Assembly: GCA_965205025.1 (NCBI GenBank)
Contig: CBDBFU010000014.1
Location: 352,001 to 416,000, forward strand
Reading direction: 5' to 3'
DNA: 64,000 bases
Source of the DNA: Candidatus Poribacteria bacterium
GTDB taxonomy: Bacteria; Poribacteria; WGA-4E; WGA-3G
Positions 45,301-54,714 of this stretch are shown piece after piece. The translations under genes were made by a program, and so were the position numbers. The notes beneath the pieces were generated by a model, which made no database searches, was not told the origin of the DNA, and saw nothing but the letters and a program-made list of their open reading frames with translations. Each line of letters opens with the position of its first letter. Within the stretch, counting starts at the first letter, position 1.

Positions 45301-46110
45301 TGGAAAGATATTGACACGAGATATTTGGTCGGTGAAGAAGTTCAGGGTACTGTTGTTGAAATCGACCGATATGGTACGACTTTTCAATTGGAACCAGGAG
45401 TTCAGGGATTTATTAATCGTGATGAGATGGTGTGGACCAATTCTAGCAAGAACATTGTGCCATCAAAGATTGTAAATGAAGGTGAGGAGATTAAAGCCAA
45501 AATACTTGAAATTTCAGCCGAGAAAGAATATCTTCAGCTAAGTATCAAACAGACCCAGCCAAATCCTTGGATAAAATTTACCCAAAACAATAAAGAAGGC
45601 ACTGTTGTGCAGGGTAAAATTTACGAGTTTACTTCATTCGGGGCCTTCGCTGAATTAGAAAAAGGAATTGTGGGTTTAATTCGCAATTCTGACTTGACAG
45701 ATAGGTGGATCGAAAAACCGGAGGAAATTGTATCAAAAGGAGAAGAATTAGACCTGAAAGTGATTAAAATAGATCAAAAAAAGAGGCAAATTTATTTGAG
45801 CTTGAAGGCAGTTTGGGCGAAAATTGCTGAGAAATACAAAGTTGGTTCTGTTGTCCAGGGAAAAATTGTCAAACTCAGTACTTGTGATGCTTTAGTTGAA
45901 TTAGAAGAAGGAATTGAGGTGCTCATTGAAAAGCATGAACTTGCAGGACAGCTTGAAAAACTGTCAGTTGGAACCGAATTAGACGTGCAAGTGATTAAGG
46001 TGGATCAATACAAAAGACAAATTCGTTTGAAAGAGGTAACCCCTACTCTTTTAGAGACTCGCCTCAAAGAAGCAATAGAGAAAAAAAATACTGACAAATC
46101 CGAGGGTTAA
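42301..46110 (+). CDS. DUF262 + degenerate DUF1524-like region + seven S1 (RpsA-like) domains
   Basis: Same DUF262 motifs; SLGNLT; repeats of PW...Y.VG..V.GTV.....G..L..G..G.....EI.W.....G......L.I......LSIKQ. Confidence 0.88.
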   Translation: MNATPESLNSLFSIDVQYKVPLYQRRYVWENSDWSELWKDILDQEKIDSFKNARHFTGPIVTRLIKRQQKRFEVIDGQQRLITFQIIFCVIRDLCELFEFSGSETEKKAKEHIENDETARKDFQSRDPNYEDPDKRLPDPTYKFIPTDYDKTAFDAIIEKLYGKKINETLKKNDNSPEEDILKEARSQQFGEETVSDNILNAYDYFYKKIKNYIEGDTQEDNHVEGVEEKLEKEKKISNLLDTIKSNFELVQITPGDSQQAEEIFESVNATGRKLSEFDYLRNNLFLRARDQSDEFYKEYWIFDNDPDSYDWNEDTLESFFQAFLMAKLGPNALNNNVKLFDLYQDNLVSEHNLAEEFEELRNHAEVYREMDDPTSEFGVRMQFYKDLSTFYTEEDEESYNPVKGLEYNYYVTVIRSFIMYLQQKLKRPKDEILSVFKILESYVARCLFADTVTNYDSYQSIKSFFSDLFSEQDDVFFSGDIIEYLKSKKSKREWISNTMIKSWFRGEKYLINWHGSLREDRQFSLRYIFYRIENWKRKHAGENMLSFEEFPPDKVSVRTFIQLTSDEEAWRSLGNLTFYWKDDHDQEINTLNSANAFLQEGRNNILLLNSEIYSEPESKWERGKIKGREQKLVSAFCNIWQPDPWEDIEDIKTEYPLLEEVEGTVVNIKEDGVYVQLELGIKGYVPVNEISWTRRKIIPSKHFEQGETVRAKVINEVVKEEREIRLSTRQTQPKPWKDFDAKYPVGKEVEGTVIEIDKSGITLELEEGVEGVIAKEEIAWTAHSNVDPNDYVNDGDQIKSKILKISKDQGILHLSIKQMQPNPWKDIDARYPVGKEVEGTVIEINKSGITLELEQGIGGVIAKEEIAWTAHSNVDPNDYVSKGDWIKAKIFEISKDQGILHLSIKQTQPNPWKDIDVRYPVGKEVEGTVIEINKSGITLELEQGIGGRVDASEIAWTLDKIIPSEHFKKDDTVIAKILKVSETKQEILLSIKQTQSNNPWKDIDTRYLVGEEVQGTVVEIDRYGTTFQLEPGVQGFINRDEMVWTNSSKNIVPSKIVNEGEEIKAKILEISAEKEYLQLSIKQTQPNPWIKFTQNNKEGTVVQGKIYEFTSFGAFAELEKGIVGLIRNSDLTDRWIEKPEEIVSKGEELDLKVIKIDQKKRQIYLSLKAVWAKIAEKYKVGSVVQGKIVKLSTCDALVELEEGIEVLIEKHELAGQLEKLSVGTELDVQVIKVDQYKRQIRLKEVTPTLLETRLKEAIEKKNTDKSEG
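44500..45170 (+). repeat. 264-bp in-frame tandem repeat encoding S1 domains 2-4
   Basis: Units start at 44500, 44764 and 45028 and are near-identical at DNA level. Confidence 0.9.
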
Positions 46111-46134
46111 TATTTTCCAGAATCACCAAGCACT

Positions 46135-46848
46135 TCAACAATATGTAGCAACTTTCTTCCCAACATGAATCGCTACAATCCCAAAGGTCTTGCGATAAAA
46201 TTCTACATCCGTTAAACCATTCTGTTCCATAACCGATTTCAATGCATCACAATCTGGAAATTGAAGGACAGACCTTGGTAGATATCCGTATGCATCATTT
46301 TCGTTACGGGAGATTAAGTTTCCAATGAGGGGTAAGATCTTCGTAAAATAGAAGTAGTAAAGTCTCCGAAACAACGGATTCTCGGGTTGTGAAAACTCTA
46401 AGATAACGACCCTGCCACCGGGTGCAGCAACACGCGTCATCTCGCGTATCCCTAACTCTAAATCTGAAACGTTCCGAATACCGAAACCGACAGAGACAAC
46501 GTCAAAAGTATTGTCTAAAAACGGAAGTGAGAGAGTATCTGCTGTCAGAAAGTTTGTGTTACGGTGCGACGCATTCCTTTCCACCTTCTGATTTCCTATA
46601 ACGAGCATTTCAAAGCAGAAATCTGAGCCGATAACGAAACCCTCTGTCCCAATTTTATCCGCATAAGCAAGAGCAAGTTCACCTGTGCCAGTACAAACAT
46701 CTAACACCTTACTCATCGGTTCAACGTCGCTTGCATTGGCAGTTTCGTGTCGCCACATCTTGTCACGCTTAAGGCTTAGCAGCGAGTTAAGAAAGTCGTA
46801 ATAACGAGCAATGGCAGAAAATAGGTTTCTTATTTGGTGTGCCTGCAT
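46135..46848 (-). CDS. ubiE: UbiE/MenG methyltransferase (start reassigned to ATG 46848)
   Basis: F.AIA..YDFLN, VLDVCTGTG, FGIRNV, PGGR..ILEFS. Confidence 0.92.
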   Translation of the reverse strand: MQAHQIRNLFSAIARYYDFLNSLLSLKRDKMWRHETANASDVEPMSKVLDVCTGTGELALAYADKIGTEGFVIGSDFCFEMLVIGNQKVERNASHRNTNFLTADTLSLPFLDNTFDVVSVGFGIRNVSDLELGIREMTRVAAPGGRVVILEFSQPENPLFRRLYYFYFTKILPLIGNLISRNENDAYGYLPRSVLQFPDCDALKSVMEQNGLTDVEFYRKTFGIVAIHVGKKVATYC

Positions 46849-46852
46849 AACC

Positions 46853-49283
46853 CTATATCCGTAATTCCGCACCCAATTCCTGCTTAAGACTTTGGACAAC
46901 CTTATCGTGAAGGGCATTTACTGCCTTGTCTGTCAAAGTTTCGGTTGCAGAATGATACGTGATAGCGTAGGAGAGACTCTTCTTGCCTTCCGGGGACCTG
47001 TTCACCTTCATAAAAATCGAATAAGCGGACCGATTCGACTAATTCGCCACCTATTGTCTGGATAAGTCTTGTCGGTGTCTCTGACAATATCTCTTCATCT
47101 ACGACAATCGTGAGATCGCGTGCAACCTTAGAGTAGATTGAGAACGGTTTAAAACATTTGACAAACGCTGAGACCTCCACTAACTTTTCAAAGTCAAGGT
47201 CAAAAAGATACACTGGATACGGCAAACCTTGGAAAACAATATCCCTCTCATACACCGAATTCAAGTGATAATTCTCAAGCAATTCCGGGTGCACTCTGCC
47301 GAAAATACCAATGCGATGATTTCCTAAAACTGCTTCTGCGTTTTGCTCCGGATGGAAAGTTGGATCCTGCGTTTTCTTAAGTGTATAATTGTCAATACCA
47401 CATATTTCAAGGATACCCTCAACAACACCTTTGATGTCAAAAAAATCCGGAGGTCTATACGAATTACCATAGACACCGCCACCCAATACTCCGGCGAAGA
47501 TTCCAGCGACTCGTTCCTGTTCTTTTTCTTGGATAAACACCTTAGACATCTCAAAGAATGTGATATTATCTATTTGGTGATTGAGGTTGTACTGGGCATT
47601 TTCGAGTAAGCTCGGTAACAGTGTTGTACGGAGCACAGACATTTCCGGACTCAGTGGATTTCGCAATTGCAAAGCATCACGAAGCGGATCATTTGCATTC
47701 AATCGAATCTTGTCGAAGCAGTTGGGATCACAAAAACTATAGTTAACAACTTCCATCATACCGGCAGCGAGGAGAAAATGCTTTATACGCTTGCGAACCT
47801 CTGTGCTCGGATTCGGGGTAGGTACAGGAATGTCACCTTTGGGCAATGTTGTTGGGATTTTGTCATACCCATAGACCCGTGCAATCTCCTCAATTAGATC
47901 TATTTCACGTGATATATCTGGCCTGAATGATGGAACAGTCACCTGAAATATATTATCTCCTTGTTGGATAATCCCGAATCCTAAATTCATTAGTATTCTT
48001 GCAATTTCAGGTGTATCAAGTTTAGTACCAAGTATGAAATTGATACGATCGGTCCGGAGTTGTACCTTTAGAAGTTCACTCTTGCCAGGATAAACATCGA
48101 CAACACCTTTACATGAAAAGCCACCTGCTATTTCAACTATTAATTGCGTTGCACGATCAAGGGCAGTGATTACTCCCTCAGGATCCACTTCCCTCTCAAA
48201 TCTATAAGATGCTTCTGTATGCATTCCCAATTTCTTTGAAGTTGCTCGGATACTTGATGCAGAAAAATTCGCACTTTCCAAAAGCACATCACATGTAGAC
48301 TCAGTTATTTCTGAATCATATCCTCCCATAACACCTGCGAGTGCCACAGATTTATCGGCATCGGCAATAACCAACATATCAGGTGTAAGTTCGCGTTCTT
48401 CTTCATCAAGTGTAATTAATTTCTCTCCTTCTGATGCACGTCGTACGACAATTCGGTTTTCAGCAAGTTTGTTGTAATCAAAAGCATGAAGTGGTTGTCC
48501 ATATTCCATCATAACAAAATTAGTCGCATCTACAATATTATTTATTACACCAATCCCTATTGATTCAAGTCTCTTTTTCAACCATTCTGGGGATTCACCT
48601 ATTTTTACACCTTGAATTACACGAGCGGTATAACGAGTACACAAATCAGGTGCTTCAATTGTTACTGATGTCTTACTATTAACATCTATGTTATTTTCTT
48701 TGATGGTAATATTTGGCAATCTTAATGTATTCCCTGTTTCAGCTCTAATTTCCCGACAAACACCTATCATACTTAAACAGTCTGGACGATTCGGCGTTAT
48801 TTCCAATTCAAAGATTACATCATCTAAATCTAATGCTTCAGTTATAGACTTACCAATAGGAAAATCTTTGGATAACTCCATTAATCCTGATGCTTCGTCA
48901 GAAATACCCAATTCCTTTTCTGAACATAACATTCCATGGGATACTTCACCACGCAATTTCGCACGTTTAATGGTGATTCCAGTCGGTAATTCAGTATCGA
49001 TTGTAGCTACAGGTGCAAACATCCCTTCAGAGACATTCGGGGCACCACATACAATCTGTAAATCATCGGTATCACCTATATCAACCTGACAAAGAACAAG
49101 TTTATCTGCATTGGGATGAGGGCGAATAGAATTCACCTTTCCTACTACAACATCATCTAAACCTGTACCTAATTCTGTCATAGATTCAACTTCAATACCC
49201 AACATGGTCAATCTATCAGCAAGCTCAGTTGATGATAAATCAAAATCTATGTAGGTCTTCAACCAATTTAAGCTAACCTTCAT
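46853..49283 (-). CDS. pheT: Phenylalanyl-tRNA synthetase beta subunit (apparent extra base near 46992)
   Basis: HPNADKL, TPNRPDCLS, REIDLIEEIARVYGY; removing one base restores QVPEGKKSLSYAITY...LGAELRI*. Confidence 0.95.
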
Positions 49284-49347
49284 ATATAAATCCTTATTAC
49301 ATCACTCGGTAGTGTTGAATAGATATCCTTAATTTATCGGTAAACAG

Positions 49348-50361
49348 TTAAAACTGTCTTAAAAATCTAAGGTCATTCTCATAGAATGTCCGTATATCTG
49401 GTATGCGAAACTGTAAATTTGCGATTCTTTCAACACCCATACCGAAAGCAAAACCTGTAACTTCCTCCGGATCATAGTTTACTGCACGAAACACCTCTGG
49501 ATCAACCGCCCCTGCCCCTAATATCTCAATCCAACCAGTATGTCCACAACTTCGACATCCCTTACCTTGACAGACTGTACAGGATATATCTGCCTCAGCA
49601 CTCGGTTCAGTAAATGGGAAGAAATGCGGACGGAATCTCATCTGCGTTTGATCCCCAAACATTTGTTTAGCAAAGGATACCAAAACCCCCTTTAATTCAC
49701 TAAACGTGACATGTGTGTCCACAAGCAGACCTTCTACCTGATGAAACATTGGGGTATGGGACACATCATAATCAACACGATATGCCTTACCGGGGACAAT
49801 AATTCGTATAGGAGGTTTCTGTTTTTCCATTACACGAATTTGAACGGGTGAAGTATGCGTACGAAGTAGATGTCCATCTGTAAGATAAAAGGTATCGTGT
49901 AAATCCCGTGCTGGGTGGTCAGAAGGTGTATTTAAAGCATCGAAATTGTAATGTTCCGTTTCAATTTCTGGACCAGTAACAGCTTGGAACCCCATTTGAT
50001 TAAAGATGGTTTCTATTCGTTCTAAAGTTTGCATTACCGGATGTGCTTTCCCGTAGACAGACTTCCGTCCGGGAAGCGTGATGTCAATTGAATCAGATAG
50101 ATCTTTCTCTTGTTTCTCTCGGTAGAATTCTTCCTTTTTCTCATCAAACAGTTTTTTCAGTTGTTCCCTGATCTCATTTGCGAGTTGACCAACAGATGGC
50201 TTCTCATCTTCGGGCAGCCTGTCCATACCCCGCATGACAGCCGTCAACCTCCCACGGCGAGCAAAATACAAAATCCTGATTTTCTCAAGAGCGTCTGGCG
50301 TTTTAACCTCTTCTAAGGCATTAATTATTTCTCTTTGAATTGCTTGTAGTTCTTCTTTCAT
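49348..50361 (-). CDS. pheS: Phenylalanyl-tRNA synthetase alpha subunit
   Basis: LRTHTSPVQIR, FHQVEG, FPFTEPS, GFAFGMGVER. Confidence 0.97.
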   Translation of the reverse strand: MKEELQAIQREIINALEEVKTPDALEKIRILYFARRGRLTAVMRGMDRLPEDEKPSVGQLANEIREQLKKLFDEKKEEFYREKQEKDLSDSIDITLPGRKSVYGKAHPVMQTLERIETIFNQMGFQAVTGPEIETEHYNFDALNTPSDHPARDLHDTFYLTDGHLLRTHTSPVQIRVMEKQKPPIRIIVPGKAYRVDYDVSHTPMFHQVEGLLVDTHVTFSELKGVLVSFAKQMFGDQTQMRFRPHFFPFTEPSAEADISCTVCQGKGCRSCGHTGWIEILGAGAVDPEVFRAVNYDPEEVTGFAFGMGVERIANLQFRIPDIRTFYENDLRFLRQF

Positions 50362-50394
50362 ATTTCCTCTAATGTCTATTTATGCACCATATTT

Positions 50395-50632
50395 AAACAA
50401 AAATACCCATCACTTCGCTCCATAAAGGATAAATCCTTATGGGGACGAAAGCGATAGGCATCTACTTCCGCGGTACCACCCCGCTTGGCAATTTCTTATA
50501 AATTGCCCACTTTATTGATGTTTTCGACTCCAGGATGAAATTCATCAGTTGCTCTCATAACCGTGCTTTCAGCCGATGACACGGATTCTCTATTTGAGAG
50601 GAATCAACTGCTTACTATGCCCTTCATTGTCA
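50395..50632 (-). promoter_or_regulatory. T-box riboswitch (Phe, specifier UUC) upstream of pheS
   Basis: Minus strand: AGUA, AGAGA, GCUGAAA, GAAU-UUC-A specifier, GGGUGGUACCGCG T-box, CGUCCCC antiterminator 3' side, overlapping terminator plus U-run. Confidence 0.9.
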
Positions 50633-50668
50633 ATAATAGTCTATTTCCTTTATAATTTTAATAATACT

Positions 50669-51016
50669 TTAACCTTTAGCTAAGGTGGCAAGTTGTTCAA
50701 AACCCGCTGCATCATTTACAGCTATATCTGCAAGAACTTTTCTATCAAGTTCAATGCCTGCTGTCTTAATTCCATACATGAACCGACTATATGTAAGGCC
50801 ATGCAACCTTGCTGCAGCATTAATCCGCATTATCCAAAGACGTCTGAAATCGCGTTTGCGTGCACGTCTATGTGCGTATGCGTGATTCCAGCCTTTTTCA
50901 ACTGCTTCCATAGCAGTACGGCGAAGGTTGTTACGACCACCACGATACCCTTTGGAGTGCTTAAGTATACGTTTCCGTCTTTTGCGACGGACATTCCCTG
51001 TTTTTACTCGTGCCAT
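50669..51016 (-). CDS. rplT: 50S ribosomal protein L20
   Basis: MARVK...KGYRG...[15 protein letters not shown]. Confidence 0.97.
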   Translation of the reverse strand: MARVKTGNVRRKRRKRILKHSKGYRGGRNNLRRTAMEAVEKGWNHAYAHRRARKRDFRRLWIMRINAAARLHGLTYSRFMYGIKTAGIELDRKVLADIAVNDAAGFEQLATLAKG

Positions 51017-51025
51017 TCTGAACTC

Positions 51026-51217
51026 CTAATGAATTAGACGTTTCAAACGCTTCTCATTGCTTGGATCAACAAGCGTTGCCTGTCTTAATCGGCGTTTCCG
51101 TTTTGAGGACTTAGAGATGAAAAGATGTCCCGCATAAGCGCGATTGCGACGGATTTTACCTTTCGCTGTATACTTAAACCGTTTTGCTGCGCCTTTATGC
51201 GTTTTAATTTTTGGCAT
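51026..51217 (-). CDS. rpmI: 50S ribosomal protein L35
   Basis: MPKIKTHKGAAKRF. Confidence 0.97.
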   Translation of the reverse strand: MPKIKTHKGAAKRFKYTAKGKIRRNRAYAGHLFISKSSKRKRRLRQATLVDPSNEKRLKRLIH

Positions 51218-51409
51218 GACGATTTCCTTATGTTGACGACTTATCTAAACAATCAAGAATGAGTAGAAAATTCTGTGACAGAGATGTAGCAACTAAGATA
51301 CAAATTAAGGAGAGGCAAAAACTCATCCTCCAAATAGTGACACCTTTACATAAGCCGTCGTAAAGAAAGGTCACACTATCTAATTAATTTCTAACATTAT
51401 GGACAAAAA

Positions 51410-51970
51410 TTACGAGGATTTTGGCGTTAATAACATATACATAACGCGTGTTTCCATACGAGGTGGTTGTTCAACCTCAGCGAGTTCAGAAACATCTTTC
51501 TCCAATCGAGCAAGCATGTTTTTACCCAATTCTGTGTGTAACATTTCCCTACCTCGAAAACGAACAGTAGCTCTAACCTTCCACCCATTCTTCAAAAAGT
51601 CTTCTACATGTCGTTTTTTGAACTGGTAGTCATGTTCAGCTGTATCAGGTCGGAATTGTATCTCTTTGAGTACAATTTTTGTCTGCTTCTTTCGGGCTTC
51701 CCTTGCTCGTTTATTCTTCTCGTACTGATATTTTCCATAATCCATTATCTTACAAACGGGAGGTTTGGCATTTGGAGAAACTTCCACCAAATCTAATCCG
51801 ACTTCTTCAGCACGTTCCATCGCTTCGCTTGGGGTCATTACACCGACTTGCTTATTTTCATGATCAATTAGCAAAATCTCTTTAGCACGAATCTGATAAT
51901 TCGATCGAGTTTGCCTTTCCTGCGTTTTTTGATTACGTTTGCCTCTATAATGTATTTTCGACACCCCCAT
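51410..51970 (-). CDS. infC: Translation initiation factor IF-3 (possible non-canonical ATA start at 51955)
   Basis: LDLVEVSPNAKPPVCKIMDYGK, FRGRE. Confidence 0.95.
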   Translation of the reverse strand: MGVSKIHYRGKRNQKTQERQTRSNYQIRAKEILLIDHENKQVGVMTPSEAMERAEEVGLDLVEVSPNAKPPVCKIMDYGKYQYEKNKRAREARKKQTKIVLKEIQFRPDTAEHDYQFKKRHVEDFLKNGWKVRATVRFRGREMLHTELGKNMLARLEKDVSELAEVEQPPRMETRVMYMLLTPKSS

Positions 51971-52178
51971 AAGTGGTTGGTTAAGAATCCCAGTTATATA
52001 GTATGAGAAATAGGGACCTATATTGAACTACACAACTGACTACATCTCGCATTTAAATTATTCACTGTATGACAATTCCAATGATAATTACATTAAGGTT
52101 ATTGTCACGTCAGTGACTATAATGCTACGTCAAAATGTGAATTAGCATATTATAATACAAAAACCTACTAAATGCAAA

Positions 52179-52535
52179 CTAAAAGTATCCTATCGTCCAT
52201 AGTGTGCGTAATATTATAACCCCTCCAGATAAACCGCCAAGAACTATGATAAAGCTCAGTGTGATAATGAGTGTGAACCTAAAGATTCGATCCGCTAATT
52301 CAGGTTGTTCTTTTATCCAAGCTCGTGCTAATGTAAATGATAAGACGATGGTAATTAGACTCAGCAGTGCTGTTGCTAATACCGATAAAAGAATCCCTTG
52401 AAAGTCTACCATCTCCATCGTTTCTGGTATAGAACCGTATTGTGAATATCGTTGAATTACAAACAGTAAAATGCCTAACAATAATACCAGAAATGCAATG
52501 AAAATTGTTAATGTTAATTTAAATGTCCGATTCAT
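52179..52535 (-). CDS. Hypothetical 3-TM membrane protein
   Basis: Three hydrophobic segments. Confidence 0.6.
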   Translation of the reverse strand: MNRTFKLTLTIFIAFLVLLLGILLFVIQRYSQYGSIPETMEMVDFQGILLSVLATALLSLITIVLSFTLARAWIKEQPELADRIFRFTLIITLSFIIVLGGLSGGVIILRTLWTIGYF

Positions 52536-52689
52536 TATATATTACTGTTTCTCACTTCAGAAGATCCTTTAGTGAATTGTAACTGAATTTGTAACCAATA
52601 TCAACCTATATTGTTAATTTCGGGTGCGTAAAGTTAATGTGAATGGAGAAAAGTGTTAATATTTATTGTTCTGAGATGATTGTACTTTC

Positions 52690-52890
52690 ACAGAAACCTT
52701 CACGGAGCAATTTTACGAATCTTCATATGGCATTCATACCGTTGATTCCTTGATTCCCGAGCCGAATTATCAGCATTGAAAGAAAATCTTAGCGACAATA
52801 GCCTTTCTAATCCCTGTAATCCGTGTAATCTGTACTTCAGACAACTCAAAACAACCAAAATATACTAATCTTACTAATTTGACCCCTATA
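52690..52890. repeat. Mosaic of the window's dispersed repeat modules
   Basis: Inverted piece of the 365-bp repeat (aaccttcacggagcaattttacgaa); ggcattcataccgttgattcc; aatccgtgtaatctg..tcagaca; MITE end ctaatttgaccccta; partly repeated at 54330-54426. Confidence 0.7.
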
Positions 52891-52975
52891 GGACAAAAAC
52901 TATACGCACCCAGATATGCTGTAAAATTAATTCTGAAATTAACTATAAATGACAACTTATATAATCGAACTCAGG

Positions 52976-54289
52976 TTAACGCAATTCCTTGAATAGACTT
53001 CTCGGTGCTATTACAGTCAAAATCACACCCCTGAAAATTAAAAGAATTGTCAACGCCCCCCACAATCCATGATTTCCGTATGGTAACAACACATAGACAC
53101 TACATAAGAACAGAACCATGGCAACAATCATAGAATTACGTAAGGATTTTGATGCAGTCGCACCAAGATAAACACCATCCCAAATATATGCTGCAATATT
53201 AATCACTGGTGCAACAATTATCCAAATAAGATACGGTTTAGTTTGGAAAATCAGATCCTGTTGATCTGTAAAAAAGTATAATAATCTATTACCATATACG
53301 AGGAATATTAATGAAAATAAACCACTAAAGATAAAACCAAAAATGAAGATGTTTGTAATCGATTCCTTTATACCCCGTAAATTTCCTGCCCCCTTATACT
53401 TACCAATCATACTCTCTGCAGCAAAGGCAAAACCATCAATTGCATAAGACATTAAATTGATATATTGAAGCAATATTGTATTAATTGCCAAGTATGTATC
53501 ACTCAATGCCGCTGATTTCGCAGTGAAATACGCATTACTAAAGACAAGACATAGAGTACGGATGAATATATCGTTACTGATACTAACAAAACGTCTTAGT
53601 TTAAGATAAGCAAAAACCTTTCTAACATCCCATGTTCTCAATACAAATGGATATTTTCCAATGAATAGAATTGTTGCTAAAAAGAGTCCAATATACTGAG
53701 CAATAACTGTAGCTAAAGCAACACCTTCTACCTTCATTCCATAAAATTTGACAAAAAGAATATTCAGAATTATGTTTATAGCATTGACAGTAATTGTCAA
53801 CAACATTGGGTAATGTGCATTCTGTAGTCCTAAAAAGACTCCGTGGAAAACATGTAAGCAAAGCACAGCAGGTGCTGCATAAATACGTAGATGAAAATAT
53901 ATACGACCCAATTGTTCTACTTCAGAACTTGTAGACATTAAATGAAAGCAAATATCAATGATTAACCACTGGAAACATAATAGAAAAAGACCAATTACAA
54001 TACTTAATGATAATCCTCGTATTAGTAGAAACCCACACTCCTGATAATCTTCTTCACCATAGGATTGTGCTACGATACCGGTAGTTGCCATACGTAGAAA
54101 GCCAAATCCCCAATAGATAAAACTGAAGAGCACTCCACCAATACCGACTGCACCTAAGTAATGTTCTGTTTCTAAACGACCCATTAATGCTGTATCCACA
54201 GCACCTAAAAGAGGAACAGAGAAATTACTAAGAATATTTGGGATTGCAAGACGAAAAATCTGTCTGTTAATGTTCTGTGCTTCACTCAT
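52976..54289 (-). CDS. dinF: MATE efflux transporter (DinF-like)
   Basis: LAIPNILSNFSVPLLGAVDTA, GFLRMATTG..AQ, DGFAFAAE. Confidence 0.88.
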   Translation of the reverse strand: MSEAQNINRQIFRLAIPNILSNFSVPLLGAVDTALMGRLETEHYLGAVGIGGVLFSFIYWGFGFLRMATTGIVAQSYGEEDYQECGFLLIRGLSLSIVIGLFLLCFQWLIIDICFHLMSTSSEVEQLGRIYFHLRIYAAPAVLCLHVFHGVFLGLQNAHYPMLLTITVNAINIILNILFVKFYGMKVEGVALATVIAQYIGLFLATILFIGKYPFVLRTWDVRKVFAYLKLRRFVSISNDIFIRTLCLVFSNAYFTAKSAALSDTYLAINTILLQYINLMSYAIDGFAFAAESMIGKYKGAGNLRGIKESITNIFIFGFIFSGLFSLIFLVYGNRLLYFFTDQQDLIFQTKPYLIWIIVAPVINIAAYIWDGVYLGATASKSLRNSMIVAMVLFLCSVYVLLPYGNHGLWGALTILLIFRGVILTVIAPRSLFKELR

Positions 54290-54714
54290 AATTACCTATT
54301 ATATTACAATACCTTCACTAAAATGGACGATCCTTCATACCGTTGATTCGATATTCCAGCATTGAAAAAATCTAACAGACAATATACTTCTTCTCCGCGG
54401 AATCTGCATAATCTGTGATTCAGACATCCTTCCCCTATATTTCCACTTCAGAAAGTCTGGTTACTAATTGATTATACCAAAAAAAATAATGAATAAGTTC
54501 CGAACACTACGCATCTAACAATTGTAATTCCCATTGTACTGATTGGGGACAGAAATATTTTCTATATATAAATGAGAACTCTGATTCGAAAGAATATCCA
54601 TTATGGTCGCAATATCAAGATCTGTACAACGAAGGATTTCATACCAAAAATACACTATTCAGCACTTATATTTTCTTTGTAATTTCGCAGAGAATTTAGT
54701 ATACTATTATCCTA

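Noticed and set aside
44227-46110. Stand-alone rpsA merged with the upstream gene by error
   Set aside because: The frame is continuous with no internal SD/start seen, RpsA N-terminal domains are lacking, and the repeats are recently amplified and degenerate; still needs read confirmation
51330-51382. L20 leader between infC and rpmI
   Set aside because: Only an imperfect hairpin; family cannot be assigned by eye
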